64,000 nucleotides of DNA from NCBI GenBank assembly GCA_964035545.1, contig OZ037766.1, positions 8,732,722 to 8,796,721 on the forward strand, given 5' to 3'. The stretch comes from Bugula neritina. Its lineage: Eukaryota; Animalia; Bryozoa. Positions 42,644-55,160 of the stretch are shown here, piece after piece; position 1 is the stretch's first letter; each line of letters begins with the position of its first letter. Made by a program: the position numbers and the translations under genes. Under the pieces are notes generated by a model. It saw nothing but the letters and a program-made list of their open reading frames with translations, was not told the DNA's origin and did no database searches.

Positions 42644-45600
42644 TTACAAATAAGTTTCTTGAGTCAATTGCTTCTCGGACATAAGTTTTGTGATGTGTTG
42701 ACGGATTCTTTCATATCTACAAGCAAAGAAAGTATTAGGAAACAAGTTTGATAACAAAATAAAAAACAATTTATAAACCAACATGGACACTTGTGTCCTG
42801 AAACTTGCCAAAACAGATTCATTGATAAGCTACGGCCTAGACAGATAGATGTAATTTTCTTAATTTTCAAATTCCATTTTAAAATTATATTTAGTACTAA
42901 ATAATTTGCTCTAAATTAGCATAGCTTCCTAGTTTCGACAGAAATACTAAAATAAAAACACAAATGTTTGTTTTGAAAGTTTGCTTACTTTTCTCTTATC
43001 TTCTTTATCGCAACAGCTTCCTCATTTTCAAACATGTTGAGAAATCCGTTCAACATTGGCTCTGGGAGGCATAAGAAGCCAGCCAACTACAATGACATTG
43101 AATGTTTACAATTTTATGCCAGAGGCTATTTTAATAATAATATAAGTTTGGTATTTTATTGTGCTACTTTTACTAGTAAAAACATATTTTACTTCAACAA
43201 TAGTGATTCCTTGGCCATATTAATGGTAGCATACTGTAAGCTAAACTTTTTACCTTTTTTATATCAATTGCTTGTATTGATCGATTGTTTGATAAATTTC
43301 AAAAAAAAGAAAATTGGTGCACATATTAATGGTCATTACACAATAGTTTCTATACAGCTACAAAATAATAGTTGGTGCTGTGATGCATTGCTGACTATAT
43401 ATCTGGGTTGTAATATGTTAATGATAATGAAATACTGTACTGTCTTTTGTAAATAAAACTACTAAAATAAGCATTTTATCAATAAATAAAAAACTAGGCC
43501 AATACCTTTATTGTTTATTTTATGAAACAATTATATAATTTTTCACTTTCATTGCGAAAACTTCATAAACATATTTTTGTAATTAGTTCTTCAGTTTGAA
43601 AACAACTTTCTGTTACCTGATAATATAAATACAAGACTGAAATTATGATTTTTTTTCAAAACTCAACTTTTAATTCTAAGTTTGAAATTATATTTAAATG
43701 ACATAGCAGCTTCGAATTCTTTGAAGTTTTAAATAAGGGAGGATAAATCTTAACTTTAATATAATATGTATGTATGCTATTAGCTGTTATACTATCATAT
43801 ACTGATGAGTATTATAGGCTAATGAGCAGCATTGCTGCTGGCAAACAAAAGTTACTGATTTAACTACCACAAACTTGACAGACCTCTGGTGACACTTTCT
43901 GTCTCATGACCACAAGAGTCTTGTCTTTTGAAGGAAGGGTTGCATCTTGTGGTGGAGGAACATAGTCTACTGGTTTCCACACGTCAGATATGGTTGATGA
44001 AACTAAACTCTTGTCATTTACTGACTTAATTGGCACATACGAATTATTTGGGAGAAAACTATGCGGCTTATCCATCAAAAATATTCTTGCAGTAGGATCT
44101 ACTAGCATCACCCTTTCTGTTAATGGATGATCATCTGCTTTCAAGGGCCACATCTCTATAAACAACATCCATTTTGGTATCTGTGAGAAAATACTAGCTC
44201 TAAATTGGATTAGACTAGCAATATGACAGTGCAAAAAGTTGACACTAAATAGATGCCGTATGTTGTATATTAAGATTATTAACTCAAACTATTGTACCTA
44301 CGATTTTTCTAGAGTTGATAGAAGCAGACTGAATATTTAAAAATCCTAAGCTAAACGACTGAATAAATTAGTTTCATTCATATGAAGCGTACCTTATGTT
44401 AGAAATATACATATTATATACTCTCCCTCTTTATAAAAGCTAATGGTGAATGAAAACCAACAAAATTATATTTAACATTAAAAAACCATTTGAAAATAAA
44501 AAAAGTTTTACATGATTTACCTCCATTTAACTTCACCATGTACAGAGCAAACGTGGAGGAGTCATTTTCTATTTTAAACTTGTCTAGAAGTCTCTGAATG
44601 ACTTCTACCGTCTGCAAGTGACTTCCTACAAACACTTGAGTCACACTACCGAATGCTGGTGTGAAATCATTCGAGGATTTCTACAATTGAAGTGGAGAAT
44701 ACATCACAGTTTAGTGAGTTGTAGTGGCGGATCTCGATTTATAGAGAAAAGAAAGACAACTTCTTAATACAATGTGTCAATAATAATAATATGTTCTTGA
44801 TTATGATAGCTGACTTTATTAGATTGGGTAAAGGAGGGTTAGTAAAATCAAAGCAGCTCAAAGCCATTTATTAATTTCTTGAATAATATAAATGATACCA
44901 CCCGTGTTGTATGCTGATTCATAAAGAATACAGCAAGTATATAATTTAAAGATTTAAGGCTAAAGTTAAGCTAGCATGAAAAGACAACTCTTGACATATT
45001 ATTATCTATGTTACAGGGTAGCATCCATCCACCAGTGAAGTATTACAGAGTTCACAAATTCTATCCACACTATCCACTATCCAGCTTCTTAGAAAGCAAA
45101 GTATGCATTAAATCTATTATTGAGTAATTACACTACACTACATAGTATAAGATAAATTTGATTACATAATATTTAAACAATATTTATTAATATAAATTTA
45201 ACAATAAGCCTTTAAAACTAAATTTTCATTTTACTATATTATAATAAAGTTTTACTATATAATAGGAGAAAAAACTTGTATAAAGTTACCACTAAAATGC
45301 AATTACACACCAATTAAATGCCGATATTAAGGTGGTGATTGTTTTTGTTCCAGAAAATTGTTTAAAACTAAATTGCATAACTGGCTAATCAATCTTCAGA
45401 ATAAAAAATATTTTCAGCTTATGAGAAGGCAGCTACAAAATTCTCTTAACAACAAGGCATACAACTGTGTCTTGAAAATGATCTAGTATTAAAGATTTCA
45501 TTCAAAATGATGTCAACTATACAAAATTGAATATATTTTATCTTTTAGTTTTTAAAAGGAAAAGAAAAACATTTCAGCAAGTTTACATTTCAACTCTCAT

Positions 45601-48600
45601 TAATAACATAGCAGACTACAAATTAGTGAAATGTTACTGCAATGAAAAGTGAGTCATCCTATACTTTAGTCATCTCACCTTGGCCTTAGCAGCTGTAGGT
45701 CTTACAGAACCTGGCTATCAACAAGATCACCAACATTAAACTTATCAGCTTGTCAAGATATGTTAAGGAGGGTCGGATATTAAAACACATAGGGAAATAT
45801 TTTGAGTAAACAATACCCTCCATGTGTTAAAATGCATAGCCAATACACCCAATAAGTTTACTATTTGTACCATTTGAACACTGATTTACATTAAAACTGT
45901 TTTCACCTGAGAATTTTCATACAACCTGGACTATTTCCAAGACGTTTGTGTTCTTTTGTGATATAAGAATAACTATGACTAGCAAGAAACATACAGTATT
46001 GTGACTTATATCTATAAAACTTAGATCTGGATCTTGTCACCTTGACCCCTGGAACTTAAGTTGATAACCTACAGAATCTATTCAATTGACTCAATTTGCC
46101 CAACTAATTAGCTTGATTCAAAGATTTTGGCTAACAATAAATGATATTTGCATTGAAATTTGATTAAAACAAATTTAATAATGTGATCACAAATCTTCAG
46201 CCATCCAGCACTTCATATATTATTACAAAACTAGTAATTTACTAAATCTATAAAGCATAAAGATAATAAGTCAATAAGAAAAGTAAGTTCTGTTATAAGA
46301 AAGTAAAAGTGTCTTATAAATGAATTCCGAAAAAGTGAGTGATGCTCAAGTGACAACTATTTATGAAAACTTTGTTTTCTAATTTGTAGAAGTTATATTA
46401 TGTGCACTAAACAATATGCGGTTTAGAATCAGTGCATCTCGGTCTTTTAATGACGAAAATCAGTACTAGGTGGCAAAGGAACTTAAACAACATCCAATAG
46501 TTATTATACTTGAGTTCTAATCATACAGCATTTAGTTCATCACCCACTGATGCTAGACGAATATAAATTTAATGAGCTAGAAATGAAGCTACCAACTCTT
46601 CTCTAATCAAAATTTTAAATGTATAAAACCGCTTATAATTTTTTTAATAAATATTCTATAAATATTGAACTAGTTTAAAGTATTAGCTTGAGTTGAGGAG
46701 TTGCACTATCATTTGAATCATTGCTTGATTTGGCCTTTTGCTTGACTTGCATTGACTTCCACCCAGCTCTGAGAAATTAACCCAAAAGTATTTAAAACTT
46801 GTTTTAAATCTGAACATAAAATAATTCTGATGATGTTTACGCAGTTGTAAAATAACCAGCAGCAAAAATTTCAGGTGAAAACAGATCAGTTAATGCCTAC
46901 ACCTCCCCCATAGCTAAACCTAGTAACAATAACAGGAACAATGGCAATAATAGTGAACAAAATATAGTTTATAGCTTTATAATAAAAATATACCCTTTTT
47001 AATGTTTCATCCTCAAATATTGATTCCAGCTACAAAATTTCCAATAATTAACTTAATAATATCACACTAAAATACAAAAACGTATACCACTGAGTGGAAT
47101 AAAAGTCAAGCTTTTACATATGTAAAAAGGAATCAGGCGGCTAAATGTTATATCATTTTATTTGCTCTAATATTGGTTACCTTTAGTTATGCATGGATTA
47201 GCAATGGATTCCTGGTGAAAGAAAACTAAAGGCAGAACCAAGTGGCTTAAATTGTATGTGTATATTTAAGTCAGAATTTCTTTTTTCACTTATAGAAAAG
47301 AATTAATATTTCGTAAGCTTGAAAAATTATCACTTACTTCAAAGTGCAACAAATTTCTACCAAGGGGATAAACTTTAAGAAAATTTCATGTCTTTATATA
47401 TCTTTTATCAACAATGGTTAAATACAAGATCTCTGTTCAGCATTTACCTCATTCTTATAGTAGTGACCATTGATAGAACATCTGCGTGTGACTTTAGATT
47501 CCTTTATAGTGTGGAATTGCCCTCTTTTCATCTTGACTGCCAGAAGCTGCTGAGAGGAAATTTCCGGTGGCACTCCAGAAGATTTCAATGTTTGAAAAGG
47601 GTCCTGGGATGGCTGCTTTACAAAATTTCACAGTATCAAGTAAAGCCTAAATTATAATAATGATAACATTGACTTTTTTCCACTTTTGCTCATGTTTACT
47701 TATTAAGGCCAGTATTTACACTGAATTTCACAATATGTTCCCATGTCTGTTATATGCAATAAATCAATAAAGAACCCATGCTAACAGAATAAAGGTTCAC
47801 GTTAAAACAAAAGTGCTTTTATTCCAACAATTTCAACTTCAGCAAAATGGGTCGGGGCATTGCATTCTTTTTTTTACACATTACATCTCCTATGAAAGTT
47901 TGCAGACACAAACTTGAACTTTAAATTATACAGCAAAACAATCAAACTCAATAGTAGTATATTCATTACATTAGCCAACCTTATCGGGAACATATTTTGA
48001 TGAAAGGTCGCTGTGGAAGCTGCGGGTCTTCATTACACGATGAGTCCTGAGTCTAGCTGTGAATGATGTTGTTTCGGTGCTGTCATCCTTCTTGAACTGG
48101 ATGTTGGTCTGCACACCCCAGTGAACTCTCAGCGGGCCTTCTAAAGTCACGTGTCCATCTTTCTGCAAGAGTATAACAATGAATGTGCTGAGATATGCAG
48201 AAGACAATAGAGAGTCAGCAATGCTGCTTACAAAGTTAACACTGCGGTAGCAGCAATCAAGTTTAGCATGATAGTGTCTTACGAGAGCTTTATTGTACAC
48301 CTGTCACCTCATTATTATAAAAACTTGTTCAACAGATAATTAAAGAGGATAAATGGCATATGATGAATCAAGTAACAATTTTTTTTGTTATGATAAACCC
48401 ACACTGCTAGTTTGCATTTATAATTTGTGCTATCCATTGCTTATGGCATCATACAGTAGTTAAAAAATGTATTCCCATTTATCCACTTTCACGGCTTTCC
48501 ATGGATCGATCTCAGATCGATCTCATCTAGACTATCTAAGAATTGTGCTCAGATCGATCGTTTTCCATGACAATGTCAGATCGATCTTACGTAGTTGCCT

Positions 48601-51600
48601 CCTCTTAAGTAAATAATTTTTTTAAAGATAATTAGTTCACCCACCTGAGTGATTAAAGCTACTGCTATTAGAAAACAAGATTTTTGCAGTTTAGAAATTA
48701 ACATCAGTTATAAACTATACGCAGCAAAGCTTTTAGAGTAAAGTAATTTGACCAATTTAAGATAATTACTCCTAATTTTTTAGCTTGACAGCTTATACAA
48801 AATTGATAGCTGTCTTGAAGACTATTCATAAACTTACAGAATTATTAGGCTTGAAATTACGCAGCAAGTAACTAATAAAAGTAAGTTTTACTAGTCATTA
48901 AAATTCAATTTAAATGCTCCAACTTTTTGTACTTTCTACCGTCTATAATTTTATATAATCGAGTTTTCTTAATCATTATACTGAAAGTCAAAGTTTTGGC
49001 ATCTGAAAAAGTGGCTCCCGTAATTATTAAGTACTTTGCTTAGCAATAAACAATAAGTTATCACTTTTATCAGCAGACAAAATTTTAGCAAGCAGACATT
49101 TTTCTACTTCTCAGATCGATCTTTGACGTCTTTCCATGGACCAATCTCGCCTAGATCGCTTTCAGATCAATCCATGGAAAGCCAGTGTTTATATCCTCTT
49201 CAAGGTAAATGTGAGTATAAAATAAACAAAATAATACTAGTTTTAATTTTTTTTTATAAGGAGTATTAATCATTGCTTCTAGCAACAGATCTTATTACAA
49301 AATTACGTACTGAGTTGATAATTTTGAAGTTATAAAAGAGAAATAATTGGAGAAAGAAGAAAATCAACAGTTGGCATAATTAATGTGAAGAGCTAGATTT
49401 GTTCTTAGGGTATCATCACTGTATGTAAGCAATTATTCTGGCAAGAGGCCAAGTCTACACATCGTGTTTTCAGCAAAACCAAAACAAGACATTTTGTTCA
49501 AAAACTGGTCATCAAATGGAGAGTTGTATATGCAAGACCTACCACTACCAGAATTCTATGTTTTAAACATTTTCCCAAACAATCTAATCATTGAAATGTA
49601 CTAGTTTCTGTAAGGAATGTCTGTTTAAAGTACATGTTGAGAAGTAGATTTCCTTGCATATGTATCCTGGCTCCCAGATGATATTATGTTATATTACAAC
49701 ATATAGGCTACTGTGTATAGCTAATGATACAAGTAACACACAAGGACAGTGTCAAACTAACAGGGCCTACCAGCACCTGCCAGTCATTCAATTACTGGTG
49801 AGAGTGGAATTCTGCATCATCAGCTGATTTTACTCTTTCTGTCAGCTTTTTTATTGTATTTCACAGGAAATGCTAAAATTTACTGCTGCCTTCAGACTGA
49901 AATTTCAGTGAAAGGCAGCAGATGTGACGGTATGAGCAGGTAATGACACTATAATGTAATAGGAATGAAGATAATGACACTGCAGATCTATGTTATATAT
50001 CTACTTACAGTAATCAGGGAGATAAAGTTTTGAGGATGAACATCATTATGTAACTTTAGTTTTTCCTCCAATTCTTGACTAAAAAAAAATTGTCTGTGTG
50101 AATTAAAATGTTCTTTGTTAGATAACTTCAATATATGGATTACTATGAAGACAAAAGGTCATCTATAACAAATAGAATTTATAAAATAAATAAAAATAAA
50201 AATTACCAACTAAAAACCTGCATGTTTACGATTGAGACAGCCTTAAAAATTCTTTATTCCAAATGTTACAAAATAAAATAATCACCGGAACAAACTCTTC
50301 TGGGGCTAACAGCTAAACTAGACGCAGTTTTATACAACACTTTAGCTATTATATCAAAGATCTAAATAATATATAGCTATATGGCACTAACTACTCCACG
50401 TTTTATGGTAATAATGTTGGTTAATTTCTTGTAAGTGCCAGCTGCTCCAACCCTAATAAATATTATATATATGTACATAACATAGAGAACATATATTATA
50501 ATGAACAAGTTCTGTAAGAGCACACGCATACAGCCGCAGAGTAAAGCCTGCACTGACATGATTGGCTGATAAGTGATAGCTGACAGACTATAGCTTCACC
50601 AGCCAATTTGTCACGTGACTTGAAATAAGAAGGTTTGCGAGCAACTGAGTCAATGCTATTTTCTGCAGATTTGAATATAATTAACATTCCAGAAGTTCTC
50701 AAATAGCACGCTTAAAATTTCAGCTGTTGATTCCATAGCACAGAGTGATGCAGCTCATACATGATTATGGGTGATTCAAGGTGATTCAAGGTGAAGGTAA
50801 AAGCCACGCTGAACAGTTTTGACATTTATGAAGAGAGCATTAACTATCAATCATAATTCTGACAACACCAATAGACTGTATGGCTTATAATTTTTCTCTC
50901 AATGTATAAGCACTACTAAACTATGTACAACTGAAAAAAGGAAGTTCAAAACGAGTTTTTCAATTTGGATCATAGTTGAAAAGAGTAGTAGGAGTTTAAG
51001 GTCAACTTACAGCTGTAACTGATTAACTTGTGGTGAGCGGCCTTGGATTCTGGGAGAGTTCATGCTTATGTTGATCTCATTTTGTGCTTTTACTACTGGA
51101 AGTGTACTGGGGGCTAAGATATGCTTTCCTCTTCTATTAACTTTAGGACTATAGTCGTGTGATTCTACTTGAGACCCAAACCCATACAGCTTTGGTCCAA
51201 ATATAGCTTTATAACAAGGTACTTCACAGTAAGGGACTCCTTTATGCTATAAATAAATATATAATATTATAATCTATCGATATATTTATATCAATAGCAA
51301 TGTGGTAGAAATTAGTTTTTTAAATGTTAAATAATGTATTTAAACATTTCAACTCTTTACAGTTTGTCATTAATTTAAATCTTGAGAAGAACTCAAGAAT
51401 TTAAGCATTGCTGATGGTACTATTTATAACTAAACTTCATTTAACCAACATATAAAAGTTTTAAATAGTCACGAGGAAATCTTAGAAAGGGGTTCTAAAG
51501 AGACAGATAGGCCAAAGCTAAGAACTATCTAGCAAACAGTAAAAGAATGCAAGCAGCTATAGAATATAGCAGTTTTCAGAAGTAGAATCCTACAATTCCA

Positions 51601-54195
51601 GCATTTTTAGGACTGTATCTGGTTGCAACTAGTGGTTAGTCAACATATTGAGGGCTCAAGAAGCTTAGTTGTTTTTTGTGTGTGTGTGAAACTCTACAGT
51701 CACTCTACAGTAGCCCACATAAACTATTAGAGCTAGGGCTATGTGAACAACTGCCAACATGTGTATAAAATCAGCTAATCAGTAACTCAAACTTGCTAAA
51801 TTGAACACAATACTTGATAGATAAGACGTAACTCTTTCTCAGTTTAATACAAATGGCAAATATTATAATCTCAAATAACAATGATAAAGAAGTATAATTG
51901 TAAAGCAGTGTATCTTCGTCACAATGGTTACAATGTTCCCAGATTTATTACTCAATATCAGGTTACACGCCCAAACAGCTTAACACCACATAAGTGGATA
52001 CAAAGTAAATACCTAGTAGCCCTTCCTGTTCCATACATGATGGTTAAGTATTAGAGAGGCTTATCAGTCTTGGAAAAATGCTACCAATTAAAACACTTGA
52101 TTGTACCAGAGTACTAAAGAAAGGCTAAACAATGAATTATGGGATAAGCAGTATTACAAACATCTGGGTAGTTGGAAACCTACTAAGATAGTATCTACCA
52201 GAAGTAATTTTACTGCATGAAGGAGTGGTGCTTGAGAAAGAAGATCTTTAAATCACAGCACTTCACACTCAATAAATTATGGAAATAAATCAGGCCTAAC
52301 TTTAATTAAGGGCCAAATATAGTAGAAGTTACCTGATTTTAGTAAGTTAGAAGCTTATTGATCTACTAAGACAACATGTGTGAGTTTTAAATAAATAGCC
52401 AGTATAAATGAATGTGCATGAAGCAAAAATGGCAAGTTTGCCATTTAATGTACTCAATTTTAAAGTGTTGAAATATAATGCAAACAGTAATTTCTATTAA
52501 TAAAACCACATGCAAAGAGCCAATAAAACAGTGTAAGTATATAAGTTAAAACATCCGCAAAATTCATGCTAGAGAATGCAGTCTGAGCAGTTTTGAAGCA
52601 GCTGTGCAAACTCAAAAAATTATAAAAGCTTGTGCTAAAAATTTCAGTTTACAGAAATTAATCTAAAAATCAACACGATCTCAATTTGCTTTTAAAAACA
52701 GATTTTATAAGCACACAAAACCTTCAAAGCTGACAGTTGAATTTTAACTTGATGATTCTAAAAATAGAAAGTACACTAGAAATTTACTACCTCAGCATGC
52801 TGGCCTGGGTTTAGAACTTTGGAGCATGCTTCACAAGTTAGACATTGTCTGTGCCAATCTTTCCCTAATGAATTTTTTCGTTCAGCTGTAACAATGCACA
52901 TGCACACAATTTTAAAAAACTGGTTAGTTCCAAGCAGCAATCAAGCAACTGTCAAAGAATTTAGCAGCACAATGCACAACAATCAACAAGCAATTCCAAA
53001 ACATGTTATTGTCTATTAGGATTTAGGATATCTAGTAAAGAAGCAAACTAGCAAATTCTTCACTCAGTAAGGAATCCTCAGCTACTTAAAGTTATAAAAA
53101 AAAACTTTTTATTTTCAACATTAATTGAAATAAGTGATTTTAGGTAAAGTTGCACTAATAAAAATTACACTGGTAATAATGGCACAAATGGCAAAGTAGG
53201 TAAAAACGGCTCACTTATGTTAAATTTTCCCAAACCCTAAGTCCAGACCCCCAACCCTTAAACATCAAACCCCCATCCTCAAACCTAAACTCCCCCATTC
53301 CAAATACCCAAACACCACCCCAAACCCCAATATTGAAAATGTGCCAGTTTTACCTACTTTGCCATTTGTGCCATTATTACCTCTGCCATTTTTACCGGAC
53401 ACCGAAAGAAGTATAACTTAACCAAATTACATTATATTGCAAATTACGGCTTTATAACCTAAGCACTAAACACTTACTTCACTAAACAGTTTTTCTCACA
53501 GCATAGAAAGCTGTGACTGTAATTATGATTAAATAATTCTAAATATTTGTCAACCTCATTTCAAATTGAACACTTCTTAATCAATATCACCCAAGATAAT
53601 GCAAAGGATACTTATCATTATGGTTATACTCATAGTACATCTACAAACTACAACTAAGACTATTAGTATTACTAGTGACTAATAAAGTGTGAATCACCCA
53701 ACTAAAAGCTATAGTTACAACAGCAGTGCCATTAGACATAGTGATTAGACTCCGGGATAGAAGTAGATGAAGCTAAGTCTAATTATAAGTCTGTCGTCTG
53801 ATACTGAAGCTGATAGCTGCTCTCATACTAATAAGAAAACAGTAATACCCATACTGATACTCACACTGACCCTTATCAAACTTAGTCACACATGGTCACT
53901 TACAGTTACTGACAGCATCATAATCATGATCACTGTTATAATCAAAATTATAACTATGATTTATTCAATTTCACCAACACCAAGTTTAATTAATTGAGTA
54001 CTAGCATTAACTACTACTAGCAGCACTACTAGTACTAGTACTACTGGTTAATCACTTAAAGTTAATCATAATGTGATGTCATTAAAGTTGGAAATAACAG
54101 CTCGAACTTCAGGTTTAACATGACAAAATTTACTTACACTTCAATTTGTACTTACCAAAAAATACACGCTTACTGCAACGCGGACAATATGACAT
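42644..54195 (-). CDS. RASSF: LIM-RA-SARAH Ras-association domain protein (RASSF2/4/6 class); exons 54195-54156, 52885-52791, 51246-51011, 50078-50009, 48162-47980, 47615-47448, (47029-46994, 45714-45679), 44680-44521, 44155-43884, 43086-42989, 42716-42644
   Basis: N-terminal LIM CPRC...[11 protein letters not shown]...[12 protein letters not shown]; [10 protein letters not shown]; SINGHYY; RA domain [11 protein letters not shown]...LLDKFKIEN; [22 protein letters not shown]...KYERIRQHI; ends ETYL* (PDZ-binding type). Confidence 0.92.
48490..49187. mobile_element. ~700-bp non-autonomous TIR element, possibly CACTA/EnSpm-like
   Basis: CACGGCTTTCCATGGATCGATCT pairs with AGATCAATCCATGGAAAGCCAGTG. 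Subterminal repeats of TCAGATCGATC and TTTCCATG occur at both ends, and TTT flanks both sides. Confidence 0.75.
49883..49921. repeat. 39-bp near-perfect palindrome in a RASSF intron
   Basis: CTGCTGCCTTCAGACTGAAA|TTTCAGTGAAAGGCAGCAG. Confidence 0.65.
53143..53404. mobile_element. Foldback non-autonomous element with AACCC-rich core
   Basis: GGTAATAATGGCACAAATGGCAAAGTAGGTAAAA (from 53172) is exactly mirrored by TTTTACCTACTTTGCCATTTGTGCCATTATTACC (to 53381). The centre is degenerate AAACCC(C) units. Confidence 0.8.
53610..54150. repeat. Promoter-proximal 3/6-periodic tract in RASSF intron 1
   Basis: CAT ACT GAT ACT CAC ACT GAC (from 53850); ACT ACT ACT AGC AGC ACT ACT AGT ACT AGT ACT ACT GGT (54010-54048). 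Confidence 0.85.
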
Positions 54196-54219
54196 GCCAA
54201 TACTAATAGTAGGTAGGGA

Positions 54220-54255
54220 GATGACGGGAATTTCCCTCGATCACGTGACCTAAAG
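54220..54255. promoter_or_regulatory. RASSF promoter: kappaB-type site and E-box
   Basis: GGGAATTTCC at 54226-54235 and TCACGTGAC at 54241-54249, 30-55 bp upstream of the ATG. Confidence 0.5.
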
Positions 54256-54814
54256 TCTCACAAATTCTCACCCATACCTCGGGAATTGACACCATCGTAA
54301 TTAAAGACTGAATTCAAGTCACTTTCGAATGGGTTTTTCATCCCTTTCTGTAGCTTCCAATCCGAATATTTTTGGGGCATATTGTAGGGTTATAATATAG
54401 GCAGTAGTGGCATTGAAATAATTCATCATTTTCATATTGAAATTCACACGAGGTAAGTTGCAGAATTCGTCGAAATTTATATGAATGATTTTGGTTTAAT
54501 TTATTATAGCTAAGCTTATTTTTATTACATATCTCACTGCCATATTATCATATAAACAATATTTTTGCAACTATATCTTGTTTCAGCTGCTATTAAATGA
54601 GTAAAATGCATTTAAATTTTCAATTTTTATAGACTGTGACTACGCAACGTCATCGGTCGTAACCACCTTAGTTCCGATATCGTTAGAGGACTCTGGTTTA
54701 TACTTTTTCTAAAGCTTCAAAGTGAAAGTAATTTGATTTAATTAATATTATAATAATTAATATGCTTCAAATTAAAATATAAATGCAATCAATAGTTCAG
54801 CTTTAATTTAAATA

Positions 54815-55160
54815 TAAAATAAAAGTATAACTATAAGTATTTAATAAGTTCTACCTTAACTTTCAGTTTAAAATGTAATAAATACCAATAGTAATAGTAA
54901 TACTAATACTAATAGTTATACTTAATCTTATAGTTATACTAATACTTATAGTCTAATACTAATAGTAATACTAATAAAATTTATAAGTAATATGCTACTG
55001 TTAGTGTTACTATTAAATTACTTATAGTTGTAATAGTAATTACTATTTGAGTATTACTATTAGTATTAGTGTTACACTAAATCTAATACTCAGTTAGACT
55101 TAGTATATTACTATTAGTATTAGTGTAACCCACTATTACAAAACATAATGATATTGATAG
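54815..55160. repeat. 3/6-periodic tract without an identified host gene (orphan 1)
   Basis: AAT AGT AAT AGT AAT ACT AAT ACT AAT AGT TAT ACT (from 54887). It follows a CpG patch (54633-54690) and a plus-strand donor GAG|GTAAGT at 54452. Confidence 0.8.
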
